NCBI GenBank assembly: GCA_030141605.1
Contig: JAQGDQ010000012.1
Span: 248,001-312,000, forward strand
Origin: Tubiluchus corallicola
Taxonomy: Eukaryota > Animalia > Priapulida
Direction: 5' to 3'
DNA: 64,000 nt
Positions within the stretch are counted from its first letter, which is position 1. The number at the start of each line of letters is the position of its first letter. A program made the translations under genes and the position numbers. Below, piece by piece: positions 48,900 through 61,864 of the stretch. The notes under the pieces were generated by a model. The model worked only from the letters and a program-made list of their open reading frames with translations. It was not told the origin of the DNA and made no database searches.

Positions 48900-49063
48900 T
48901 GTGTGCAAATACCGCGTTCTGATTGGTTAGCGTGTCGCTGCCTACGCATTGACGTGGCTAGTTTTCAGACGCATTCAGGTCAAGCCTCCGCCGCCATACG
49001 TGATTTAGCGTTGTATTCTCTATCGATGTTTAATTATAAAGGCAAATATTGAACGATTCAAAG
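48900..49063 (+). promoter_or_regulatory. Probable promoter and 5' non-coding exon of the GLUT gene
   Basis: CpG-rich patch with an inverted CCAAT box (ctgattggtt, about 48919) and TGACGTGG (about 48950). Donor aag|GTATGT at 49063 and matching acceptor ttttacAG at 49484-49485 upstream of the ATG at 49736. Confidence 0.45.
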
Positions 49064-49735
49064 GTATGTTTACAATTTATGTTTTATAAAATTGCACTAA
49101 GCGTAGTACTACAATTCAAGATGCAACATAAAATTGTACGGTGCCTGATGCTGTAGTTTAATCTAATGAACACACGAAAATTACACTGCTCTTGAAAGCT
49201 TGGCAAATTGCCAATGGCTGCCAGTTTCAAGACCTGTGCATTTTGATAAGGCATAAAATTTTTATTATTCTGACAATGTACATAGGCCATATTTATGGAA
49301 TAGTTTATATTCACTAGCGCATCATCTGGGGGTGGTTAAATTTGCTTGCAATGTTGTGCTGTGAATTTTCTTAAATTTAACGTGCCAGATGTCACTATGA
49401 TGTTTAGTATTGCAGACTGGCGAAATGGGACAAATATAGCATCACCGCCTTGCACATATCATATGACAGTAATTTTCTTTTACAGGGCTAATTCTCGAGT
49501 AACCTTGACTGTCTGGAGCAAGCTGTTCAAAAAGTTCCATCTTGAAAACTTTACGTTTTGATTGTGATAAATTTCGAGCTTATTTGTGCTTTTATATCTA
49601 ATCATAGCGATAGTAATTTATACTTTGACAATTCTAAATTAAGAAGTAGTTAGACATTGCTTTGAGCTTAAATTCTGTCAGCATTGCATGATATATAAAA
49701 TAATCTGAAGACCTTTGTCAGTTTGTCGGTACATC

Positions 49736-52700
49736 ATGGCATCTTCAACTACGGAAAAAGGACAAAGACAAGCCACTTCAAAGGTAAGTGATTAAAATTG
49801 AACATGCAGTTAACATTGTAAGGGCAAGAAATTTAGTATAATATTTAATTTTACTGAATTAAACCCTGTATTAATTTGAATTGTATCTTGAATATGAATG
49901 TGTTAAACTAACACTACTAAATTACTAGTTTTGGTACTAAATTAAATCTTTACCATTTTACTTTTAAGATCTTTCCTACTAAATTAAATAGTGAGTAAAT
50001 TGAGTAAATGAAATATACTTGCATCAATTGTCAATGAACTGTGCAGTAGTTCAAAAAGTGTCAGTCAAGTGATTCATTAGATTGGGATCAAGTGAATTCT
50101 TTCTTAGGCATGTAGAAGTTTATCTTTCTTGGGGTGCAAAAGATAATAAAGCAAGAGGACAAAAGTGTAACATTTTGCAATTTGGTGAAAGTTTTAGTGG
50201 TGTCACAACTGACCTAGTTGTGTTTAGAAGAACTTCCTTTTAGTGACCTTCCTTTTAGCAAATACTTTAAAATTTTGTTACTTATTTTTGTAGTTAAAAT
50301 TTAGTTAAGCATTAGTTTTGTGATCTACAGGACACAGCAGCTGGTAATTAGGTATTTCATTATGCAGAAACATACATAAGAATGTTACTGCATAGTTCTT
50401 AGTTTGCCTTTTATGAAATTTCCTTGAAACTTCTTTTGTTACATTCACATTTTTATAGCCTATAGCAAATGCAACGAGTGGTTGGACTTGTTCCGACTTA
50501 ATTCTTTTAATTATTGTTTGATGTAAATATACTTGATGAATGACCACTTGATACAGAATGCCAAAGATCAGAATGTCACAAAATTGGATGGCATTTCAAT
50601 TTCCAAATCATGGCTATAGAACCCTCTCGAGAAGACCTTACTATAATTCAACGTTTTGTAGTGAGCAGAAACATTGCTAAAAATAATTTCCTTTGATAAA
50701 GAAAGTCAGGCATCACGCCTGATGATCAGCATTTCAACTATTATAAAGCTGTTAAATTTTTGGCTTCGTTGCTTCTATTTCAGACTATTAATTTATCATT
50801 TTTGGGGTAATTTTGCAAGATTACGCAAGTTGGAATACCAGTAGCCTGTTATATACTTAATTACTTCGCAAAAGATGCTTCTGGGCCTTCAGTAGGTCGT
50901 TTTTGTTATGCATATGGTACAGTACTTACAAGCTAACATAATAGCTATAATTGTTGGCACAGTTTCATACCACCATATATAGTGTGTTACGCTGTCTATT
51001 GTAAGCATGTGCAACGTATAAACTCATTTCATCACCATCTTTACCCTTCAACTTGTTTATTGATCCGTGCCGTCTAGAAAAGTGGGTGTGCGCGCCAGCT
51101 GTATTTCGATTGGCGAACGGCTGCGCTTTGTACGCACTATAATTAACATCCATTATTGATCTATCACTCGTGATAAAGCGCCAGTTGCCAGAAATACGAG
51201 AATGGCCGAGCATATTCGCGGAAAACCGTATGCGGCCAAGCTTGAATGATCCGGTGGCGCTTGCCTAGTCTGTTTTTACTGATTTTTTCTTACTATAAAA
51301 CCTGTTTTGTTCAAATGAAGACGGGTTTAAAATCGTGTTGTCCTAGAGTAGCTCTTGATCAAAGTCATGTATTTTAACCGTTTTATTCACTTTGCGTCTA
51401 GCCTAGAAACGTAAGGTAGGAGTGTTTGACTGTTTGCACTAACATCCTGTTTACGGTAGCCTAATACTAACATGGAGGCGTGATTCAATGATTTTTGGTC
51501 TTAAGCCAAGATATATCATCATTCCTGCTCCTGGCACGACTTCGTCTGCGTCATCGATTTAATTTGCCGGTTAACGTTACCCCCCAGTCACAATATGCAG
51601 AATTTTTGGCACGTCTTCATTTTATGGTTAATTCGGGCGGTTATTGCTGCTTGTTGCTGGCAGGCCGTTGTGACGTGGCCTAGTTGCAAGCCTGTGATAA
51701 ACGTGTTTGCTCTATTTTCAAATTTCAATGCCCACTTTTGAGAAATTGTAAAATCACGAATTCTTGATATACCTGTAGTTAAAACGCAAAAGTGTTGAAC
51801 TGACATAATCCCCTGCGGGTTTTCCATAAACCCGCTTATAATGTATCGCTCTGGATGGCCGGTCTTTGAAAACAGATGGCAGTCGCATAAATTACGCAAC
51901 GCGATACGAAAAACATTTTCTGCATTATAATTGCCATTATGTTAATCTAATGTTATATGTGGTAACTAATATTCTCAATACCACGACACAAGAACCATCT
52001 AAACACCACAGAAAATAAATTAATTCACACTGATTTTTTTTTATTAACCGTAATTGCCAGGTGAACATTTAGAGACACAGTTTTATACTATTCATATAGT
52101 TTTAATTAAAGACCAATTCATCAGCTGACACTGTATGACATACATTAATTTGCTTGGTGTATGAAAAAAAACGGAATTACGATAGAGGCGTGCCAATGAT
52201 GAACAGCCATATTATCATGCAACTAAGCAAAAATATTTAAAGACTAGTCAGGATGTCGGAAATTTTCTTTGACGTTGTCGGGCCACTCTATTACAAACTG
52301 ACTAAATCTTTGCTACTGTGTCATATATGGTTTTGAACCTTGAAAGACAACGGGATGCTAAAGTATGGGCTTGTGACTCCTTTGTGAAGAACTTGTCTTA
52401 TTACATCCTTGCACACAGAAGCAAGTGCTGCAAGCCAGTCTTGTACATGCATGTTCCATTATTTGTACAAGGTTTTTGATAACACCTATCAGTAGCCTCA
52501 CACGTTAATCCTGTATATCCAAAAATGCACTTGCATTTGTACAAGTGTTCACCAAGGATACATGTTGCATTATTTTCACATGGATTCATAGAACAAGGAT
52601 TTTTTAATTGGCAATTTCTTCCTGTATAATTGGCATGACATTTGCAGTGGAAACTATCATAATAGTTATAACAGGTCCCAGAATTTTGGCATGGTACTGA

Positions 52701-55700
52701 GAAACATAGGTTTCTTTTCTCTTCACAGTATAATCCATGCCATTGTATCGTATCAGTCTTACATTTACACATTGTGTAATCATACGATACGCCAGGCTCA
52801 TGCCTGGTTGTACATTTTGCTGTGGACTCTGTGCGGCAAGCACTACAATTTTCTGGAAGGTATGTGTAATACACAACCAATTCAAAAGCAGAATTTGCTT
52901 GTGGTTCATTTGTTTTATATCTAAAACATACTGTGTTTGCTCCATGCTGATTTTGTGGCACTGCATTATACCACTTATTGCGATTACATAATTTATGCGT
53001 TTCATAAATTGACGATTCATTCTTTATATAAATATAAACATGGTCGCTATCGCAAGGAAGATGCACACTTCGAAATCCGAAAATCAGTTTTTTGTCAGGG
53101 TCGCTCTCATTGTTACTCAGACATAGTTCTCGGAGAAGTGAATTAGTACCATTGTCTTTGAACATTAACAGATCAGCTACAAGTGACATGTTTTGTGCAG
53201 TAATTTCTCGAGACTGACTTCCATTTTTGTACTGATGGAGTGTGTATACATTATTTGGAAACTTGATATCCCATTCTCTTAGGCTTGCAGAAGTAATTAA
53301 GAACCATGTTATGCTTATCCACAAGAACAGATTTTCCATATTAATAAATGGCCACTTTGTGCAATAAAATGCAACTTTAACACTTTTTACCTGCAGAAGT
53401 ATTAATCCTTAATGTCAATAATATTAACAAATTGATAAGATCTGCTGTTTCACATACTACCTCGCATAGAACCACCAAGATATTGTGGAAAACACTGCAG
53501 ATTAATAAGCATTTTTACTCAAGAAAAACCCAAAGCAGCACAGTCGGTCAGCAAAGTTTCCTTGTCGTTTGATGACTAATATGCAATTTCACCAGTTGCA
53601 CTAAATGGCCTGAACGGTTAGTTTCATTATAAGAGCTATAATTTGCAGACCAAGTTTTTTGATGACAAATTGAAATACCTTACAGAAACTGTTAACTGTT
53701 ATATTGTTCGCCAGCAAGTAACACACATCCTAACACACGATACTTACATAATCCATTGCGTTCTCGCAATGTTCTTCATTTGTCAAGAATCAATGTAAAA
53801 CTCTCAGTAACATGCTTTCAGACTTTACAAAGTTTTTTAACTGGCAACTTGGAAAATGGAAACAAGTTGGTGTCTTGTTGGGTCTGTTTCTACTTTTTTA
53901 TTACAGCTATCCCAATATGGAGCTTTTTGTCCACCTCTTGTTTTTGTACTCATATTAATCACAAAATATTGATACCACTTGACATCTCCAATGTGATGTA
54001 CATCTGTGAATCATTTGTCAATTTTTGGCTTTTACTTATTCGCTTTTGACCATTACAAAAAAGTATGATATAAAGAGTATCAAACTTGTTTGGGACTATA
54101 CGTGTAAGCCAACCATCCCAGTGAACGTAATGTTAGAGTTCTGCTTTTACTCTAATTTCTAATAAAACCTTCATTGGTTTCACTTTATGTTGTAACTACA
54201 ACCACATGGCTCCAAAATTTGGTATTACATAAACTTTTTCTACTATAATATTAATAACACAACAATTATGCATTCCCGAAGAACATTTTTAAACTCCTAG
54301 GTTTTTTGGCGTCACAATTGAAATGGATGATTTCATTGTTTCCTTTTGTCATTGAGAATGTTTTGTTTTGAGAAAAGTATTCTGCTGGATAATTGCAACC
54401 AACCATATCAACTATATAATACTGACATAGGATCTAGAATGTTTTAAAAATGGCTGTGAATCGTCAACACTGTCAGTCGAAAAGTCTGAAGGAGCTTTTC
54501 AGTTGTCTGTACCAGGTGAAATAAATATCATGCTTTTTAAATACCAATAAGTGCTTTTTGTCTAGTTTTTTGGCATTTGCCATTTTTGGCAAGCAGCCTA
54601 TATCAACTAAAAGTCCTTTTACTTAGGAGTTTCTATTTATAAATGACACCTTTAGGGTTTACAATTAACATAGGAAGTTGAAACACATTTTTTTAGTTTA
54701 TTGAATCAATATCAAATGTGAACTTTTAGACATAAGTATGAGGAATAGAAAAATTAGCATTTTAAACTGTATTCTCAATCTGGCTCTTGGAGCAGAGTCT
54801 GACTTCATGCAAACATTTCTTTTTCCTTATCTGTGTGATTTTCATCTGTTCAATTTTCTTTTCATCTCCAGACAGCGCTGTTGGCAAGCCTTGTATATCC
54901 TAAGTCAGCGTATCCTTATCAAGTAAAACAAACGACTCACTTATGAGTGAAATTCTTAGTGAATTGCTGTTCCCTAAGTATATAATTCTCGTGGGCTATT
55001 AAAGTTTCAGGAAACACAATTTTTTAAACTTAGGCATTAGGCATTTTTATTTTGAAATTTTGTAGGGCGTGACGGGAAATTTGGCTTTTGCTGTTGCATC
55101 CTGCGCTTTTGGATCGTCTTTCCAGTTCGGCTATAATACGGGTGTCATTAATGCTCCTGGAAATGTAAGTATAATTCTTGCAACTATAAGCTGCAATATA
55201 TTCTGAGCTGTCATAAGTTTCTAAATTCTAAGTGAATTCTTTCTTTGGCAGAAAAATGGCTGTCTGTCTTCAAAAAAATATTTCAATTACTAACTGTAAT
55301 TTCAGATGTAAAAGCACATTGACAATTGGCCTTATGCCAGAAACTAAGAATTGCAAGTGTTAAAATTTTTTAAATAATACACTTCATGTAAGTCGTTTCC
55401 TAAAATGACTGTTTAGGATTATTTTGCTTTTCATGCTCTCATAATTGTTTAACTGTTTTGGCAATTGTGCAAGCATTTCCTGTTTTTAATGTGCTTCATT
55501 AAAATTGTAATTCAGAGAAAATTTGCATATCCTATATGTAATTATGCTTTCTTTTTTACCAGCTTAAAATCAGCTGAATTTTTACCATTATGGTAGAGTA
55601 TTTGGAGAATGAAACACAAAAATTTTCTTGTAGATAATCAAAGAATGGTACAGAGAAGTGTACAGAGGTCGGTATGGAGATGGATCTGTTCCCAATGAAA

Positions 55701-58700
55701 CCATTGCTGATGCTGCTACCACATTAGAGCCTCCACCTGGCGAACTCAGTAAAGAACATCTGGATCTTCTTTGGTCAATCACAGTATCAATATTCTGTAT
55801 CGGTGGAATGTTAGGTGGAATCAGTACGGTCTTCTGGGTAGATAGATTTGGCAGGTTGGTACAGTTTTGTAATGCCCTGAGCACTGACATATAAGGCTGC
55901 CGCTTTGTCGTTAACCAAAATCAAGAGGAAAGAATCTGCTAGGATGTCTTGGTGAGCATGTAAGCTCCCCTAGCTATGTCTAGGTAGAGCCCCAAGAAAC
56001 CGACTCATCTCCTGTGTTTTAGACTTCTTAGGAAGCCTTTTTCAAAAGAAAAAATCAGAAATTCCTTGATTTTAGATTCTAAAAAAGGGAGTGTAAGCTC
56101 TAAAAATCTAAAACTCACAAAAGTGGAAGCATTACATCCATTTTGGGAGTTCCTGCTCAGTCCCAGTACATTTCCCTTATGTATGGAGTTTTTGGAGATA
56201 CGTAGTTTTTAGCAATCAAATTATTAAGAAGTTTATGTTATGTGAATTACTGCTAATCTTCTCTTTTATGCTTTTTCTGTTATTAAGACTTGTAAAACTC
56301 TCACGCTCAAAGTGCCTCAAGCAATTGAACAAATGGCCAAAGATTACTTGCATTGAACTTCAGATTTCAGGATTTTTCAAAAGTCCAATCGATCTACGAA
56401 TCTAAATTAAGGTTGAATTTCAGGAGACTCCAGGTCAAATCCGGATTGGTGGCAATACTACTGATATGACCAGGCTGTTTGCTCTGGCATTCCATTCCAA
56501 ATGTGTTCTTTTGTATCATTTGTTCTTCGTTTTTATCATAGAAACTTTAGCTCTATGAACTGCGCATGAATTACATGTGTAGTTAAATGATTTGACTTAT
56601 AATAGTAATACACCTCTAAATTAGGTAGGGTGAATAGTATTACCCTTAGCCAATTTGTTTGTCGATCTTTTATGTACTTTCTAATTTTAGATTTTTTGGT
56701 CCCATATTTTACTTCATTTTTTTCGAAATTGATCTGCATTTCTAGTCAAGTAAAGGCTAACTTTGCCAACTAGGAATCAAAATAGAAACCACTGAACCTA
56801 TTTTTGACATTTGGTGAAGTGCACAGGCATTAGTTGCTACCAGATTATTAGCCAAAAAACTGTAATCATATATAGCAGCTGCAGCTTCCGCAGTTGGCAA
56901 CTGTAAAAATGACTGCCATGGTTTCAAGTGTTGATTTATGACTACCTTTTTGCCTTCCGTAAAAATCTTTTACATGTAGGTGTTTTTATTGTTTTAAAGT
57001 TGAGCAGCTAAAGCCAAGTATCGTGCCAGGAAAATAACTGGTTTTCTTATAGTATGATTTCTTCTGTGGTCAAATCATTTAAAATATTAGAATTTAAATA
57101 TTTCAACTTGTACAACATTTGGGCACTGGACACCTAGGTCTGAGTCATTTGACATGGGGCCAATTGGACACAATGCATTTGGGAACTAATAAAATTTAAT
57201 ACAGCTAATTTTTTATTTTTGTTTAAATTTTTAATGATTCTCTATTAAATTTTTCACATCTTTCACAATATATTTTAAGAATCATTGTTTTACTAAATTT
57301 AACGTTTGTAGTAATATACAGGTGGTACCTAAAAACCAATTTATTGTATGACAGGATTGTTGAAACGATAAAGAATCTATCGTACTCTCAATATTTAGTG
57401 TGAGAAAAATTGTGCATTTCTCCCTGTCCTTGTGCAAGAAACTGAAGACTCTGGGATTACTTTCTTCCATCGAGCTGAATGGCCTGGAAATTTACAGGAT
57501 CTTGATCCCGCCAAACTCATTTGAGCTATCCTGAAAGACGGAGTGGATCCTAAGGTGACAAAAAAAACATGCCATTCGACAAACAAGTTTGTGAGAACAT
57601 CTGGAAGATGTGTTGGAGCCATCTTGAGTTCTTCAAATTGCTGCTTGAGTCTTACCCTCAACATTGTGAGCTGTACAAGACGTGCAAACATACTACACTA
57701 AATTTTGAGGCTGTGATAGATTTGTTATTGTTTCAGCAGTTTTTTGATGTAAATAATTGTTCAGTACTATTACTCGTTGTTTTTGTACCACTCTAGCGAA
57801 AGATTATGTATACCACATTGTATATATCATATAACAATTTAAACTGGTCTAAATTGTCTTTGCACGTTCTGATTTGCTATTTTTTGTATTAGCGTTAGTA
57901 AACGAAGCAGAGAAGTTTAGATTAGCATTTTATTAAACTATAACAGCATTTTTCTTCAAAAATATTTAGTGCGTCACAAAAACAGCTACCAACTCGAATA
58001 CAACTAAATCACTTAATGAGCCAAGTGCTTAATGTATGATTATCAATATCCAGATTAACAATAATAATTGACTTTTTTGCCTGTAATTCCCGTGAAATGC
58101 ATAAGGCATGTAATATTATGTATATAGCAGCAGTGTTTTCACATACACTACGTACGATTTAGTTGTTCCTAGTTTTAATTACAGGTTTGTAACTCACAAA
58201 ATATTTCTTTTCTTACATATACTGTAGATACTTTAAAAATTACATAGTAAACACTAATCAGTCAATATTGAAGAGGATTCCTATGAAAGTTTGGCCCATT
58301 AGCCAATGTGATTTGTACCTAGTGCCACATAACTTACACAAGTAATGTATTCCTGCTTGATTGTTGCACGCAACAGCACTGGCACCCAAGTAAGCCAGCA
58401 CCCTATAGTCGCAGCATTTGATAGTGCAGCAAGTAGCATTTTAGATGATTTTCAAGTTATTATGGAAAATCAATCGACTGCGTAATGGTGGAGATCAAAG
58501 GTTAAACTGTGACAAAATTTGGTCTAGTTCTTTATTGCATTATGAAGAATGATTAACTAAATACAGCAATTTGAGGATCACATTTTAAGGTTAATGGCAA
58601 CCTCACTTTCAAACACTGATATTGATTTTATAGTTTCGTTTTGTTGCAAAAAGCCACATTCTCACATAAACCACTTGCGCTTTCGTGTTTTAGCCTATCC

Positions 58701-61700
58701 AGACATTATATCGTTTGGTCATAAACATCTTATAGTAGCCTCTAAGATAGATGAAATAGTATGTTAATCTTCATTGAACTTCGTTAGAATATCAGTCCAA
58801 GTTCTTAATTTTCAGTCTAACAAGGATGTCAAGTTTACCATCATCTTTAGTAAAAGCGTTAAAGACATTAAAAAAAAACAGATCCTCAAAAACATTTTTT
58901 ATTCAAGTTAGTAAAGCCATAGTGTTGCACATGTAAATTTGTGGCGTGAAGTGCTCGAGTTTCAGTTTAACATTCCTTCAGAAAAACACGTTTATTTTGT
59001 TTCTTGCAGGAAAGGAACTCTGATGTTAAACAACATTGTGGCTGTAGTAGCCGCAGCTTTTCTTGGATTTGCTGAGCTGGCTAACGCGTATGAGATGATT
59101 ATCATAGGAAGATTTATCATCGGCTTGAACTCTGGAATCAATTCAGTTGCAGGCCCCATGTATTTGACAGAGATCTCTCCCCTTTCATTGCGTGGAGCTC
59201 TGGGAAGCATGCATCAGCTTGTTGTCACCATCTCTATACTCTTCTCACAAATAATGGGATTACCTATGATACTTGGCAATGAAAAAGGCTGGCCACTGTT
59301 GTTAGGTATTGACTCCATTAATAACTTTCATTTATTGGTTGCATTAAAATTACAAAATTTTGCATCCTGCTAACATTATAAAAATGTCACAAACATATTT
59401 TAATTCTTACGTTTGCCAAATAATGAGCACTGTAATGCTAAAAAAACTTAGCTAAAAGTTTTGTGAGTGCACATTTTTCAGCTACATTTTGACCTTGCAC
59501 TCTGAAATAAATTTATGAATAAAGAACTACCAAAGTTTTCACAAGTTCCATGGAGACCTTTTCTGTGGGTGTCATTATTGAATGGCATTTGTTTGTTGCA
59601 TTTATGACTTATGCAAATGTGTATATGACTTCATTATTGTATCTTTAACCTTTGGGAAGCTATATAATTTTACTGATATTGTCTTTAGTAGGCCAACTTT
59701 TGCGATTTATAATGCTGTTTTGTAACATTTTTATAACTTTATAAGTTGACAAAACTTATATGTATATTTTTTTTTGTTTAGCACTTACAATTTTGCCAGC
59801 ATTGTATCAGTTGGTCACGTTGCCATTTTGCCCGGAAAGTCCAAAATATCTTCTCATTGTCAAGCAGCAGGAAGGAAAGGCACAAAAAGCTTTGATAAAG
59901 CTACGACAGACATCAGAAGTATACAATGAAATGGACGAAATGAAGCAAGAAAATCAGAAACTTCTTGAAGTTCCCAAGGTATTACAAATTTTTATTTAGG
60001 GCAACAGTATTATTGTTTTTAGATATATTTGCGAAATATGGTAATTTCTCGCTTAACAACATTAATACATTCCAGAAAAAGACATTTTTAAGAGAAACGT
60101 GATTATATAAAACGATGCCTTCCATAGAAGACCATGTAAAAACATTCAGTTTCATTCCCAAGCAAAGTGCAATAATATCTGGCTGTGTAAAACCCTCACT
60201 TGTGTTGCAGGACAAAAGTGAATAATCCTTGGCTCATAAATCAAACACTTTATGATATTTATTTCTGACAATTTTTAAGTAAAGCTAAAGAGAACTTAAG
60301 TTTACAGTGAAAAATCAAATTTGAAACCTAGGCTTTCTTTGTGCTAGTGTGCTTACTAATTAAAACATTATTTGATAATGTTGTTTTTTGTGATTTAGGT
60401 TCGCATTACGGACTTATTTGTAGTAAGAGCTCTGCGCATCCCTCTCTTGATTACTATTGTGATGATGCTCTCACAACAGCTTTCTGGTATAAATGCTGTA
60501 AGTAGTTAGAATTTTCATATTCAAACTTTCTATATAATTACCAATTAGCTATATGGAACAGTAAGGATTTTTAATAAAAAATGAAATTAGAACAGTAGTA
60601 TACACAGTTTCCTGTGATTCATTTTTACTTTAATGTGTTTAATGTATGTTACAACAATTTTCTAGGTCATCTACTATTCGACCAGGATTTTCACGGATAA
60701 TGCTAAAATGTCTCAGGAAAATGCAGTCTGGGCCACAATCGGCATGGGTGGCATTAATGTAATCATGACTATCATCTCTGTCGTGTTGGTCGAGAAAGCT
60801 GGTCGGCGCACATTACATCTTACTGGTCTGGGAGGCATGTGGGCTGTGACCATCTTACTAACTGTGGCTTTGGTATTTATCGACAAAGGGACTGGTAATA
60901 CGAAGGCATGGACTGTCGTCTGCATCATTGGAGTTTTCTTGTTTGTCATCTCATTTGCCACGGGTCCTGGTAAGAATTTTCCTTCTTTATCAGATTTAAT
61001 GAGCAGTTTGTAGTGTTTTTGTTAGTTCAGTTCAGTTGTTGTAAGGTGAAGCTTGAAAATTGAGCCATTGCATATTCATGGTTACATGCTTAGGACTGTT
61101 TTTCATTAGAGAAAATTCATTCCACACAGTTTGTCTGGAATAGGGCAATTAAGATTACTGAGACTTTTAGAAGTGTGAGGGAAAGGGTCATCTTGAATTT
61201 TTGGAATTGATTGATGTAACACTTGGTATTTAAAATAAGATTGTTTTCATTACTAGTTTAGAAATTCTGGGATGGAATCATTTTAACAACTGCATTTGCT
61301 AAAATAAAAAGCATGTCAGCTCACATTTTTGTTGGGAATGTAAAATGTTGTTTTTTTCTGTGAACACAATGTATTCAAGTTTTGTTTCTCTGTTTAGGAT
61401 CTATCCCATGGTTTATCGCTGGAGAGTTATTTGGTCAAGGTGCTCGTCCAGCAGCAATGTCCATTGGAGTGGTGGCTAACTGGTTAGCAAACTTTCTTGT
61501 TGGGCTCTGCTTTCCTCTATTAGAGGTGAGAATACCTTTAGAAAATAACAATAAAATAGCTGATCAGATTATTGTATAATCATAAATCAAAGATTGTCTA
61601 AATTTATTCACACATCATTTTATATGGATAACAATGAATTTGTGTTTAACAGTTATTTATTACCACCTTAAACACTAAAACACTATTCTTATTTTCTCTT

Positions 61701-61864
61701 TGCAGAATGCTATCGAGCATTATGTTTTTTTGGTTTTCACTGTTCTACTGGCTATCTTTTGGCTGTTTACATTCAAATTTGTACCCGAAACGAAAAACCG
61801 TCCCATAGAAGAAATTACGGCTCTCTTCAAATCTGAAGCAGTAGGCAACAATCCAGCAATATAG
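49736..61864 (+). CDS. SLC2A1: Facilitated glucose transporter, class I GLUT (SLC2A1/3-like), about 516 aa
   Basis: Exons 49736-49783, 55066-55164, 55634-55854, 59010-59305, 59782-59978, 60399-60497, 60666-60969, 61398-61525 and 61706-61864 total 1551 nt in frame. Motifs [56 protein letters not shown] and VPETK are present. The first exon is the least certain, and the symbol marks the family rather than 1:1 orthology. Confidence 0.92.
52401..53339 (-). CDS. Nested unspliced ORF: signal peptide, CUB-like domain, EGF repeats (312 aa); C-terminus frameshifted, possibly a pseudogene
   Basis: Hydrophobic leader [19 protein letters not shown]; CUB-like segment ([41 protein letters not shown]); EGF repeats [23 protein letters not shown] and [23 protein letters not shown]. 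The last EGF continues as TCFCVQG in another frame. Confidence 0.8.
   Translation of the reverse strand: MENLFLWISITWFLITSASLREWDIKFPNNVYTLHQYKNGSQSREITAQNMSLVADLLMFKDNGTNSLLRELCLSNNESDPDKKLIFGFRSVHLPCDSDHVYIYIKNESSIYETHKLCNRNKWYNAVPQNQHGANTVCFRYKTNEPQANSAFELVVYYTYLPENCSACRTESTAKCTTRHEPGVSYDYTMCKCKTDTIQWHGLYCEEKRNLCFSVPCQNSGTCYNYYDSFHCKCHANYTGRNCQLKNPCSMNPCENNATCILGEHLYKCKCIFGYTGLTCEATDRCYQKPCTNNGTCMYKTGLQHLLLCARM
57380..57710 (+). mobile_element. Tc1-family transposase relic in a GLUT intron
   Basis: Translates to LKDSGITFF...[20 protein letters not shown], resembling the Tc1 motif WPxNSPDLNPIENLWxxLK, followed by LLESYP; stops and frameshifts present. Confidence 0.65.
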
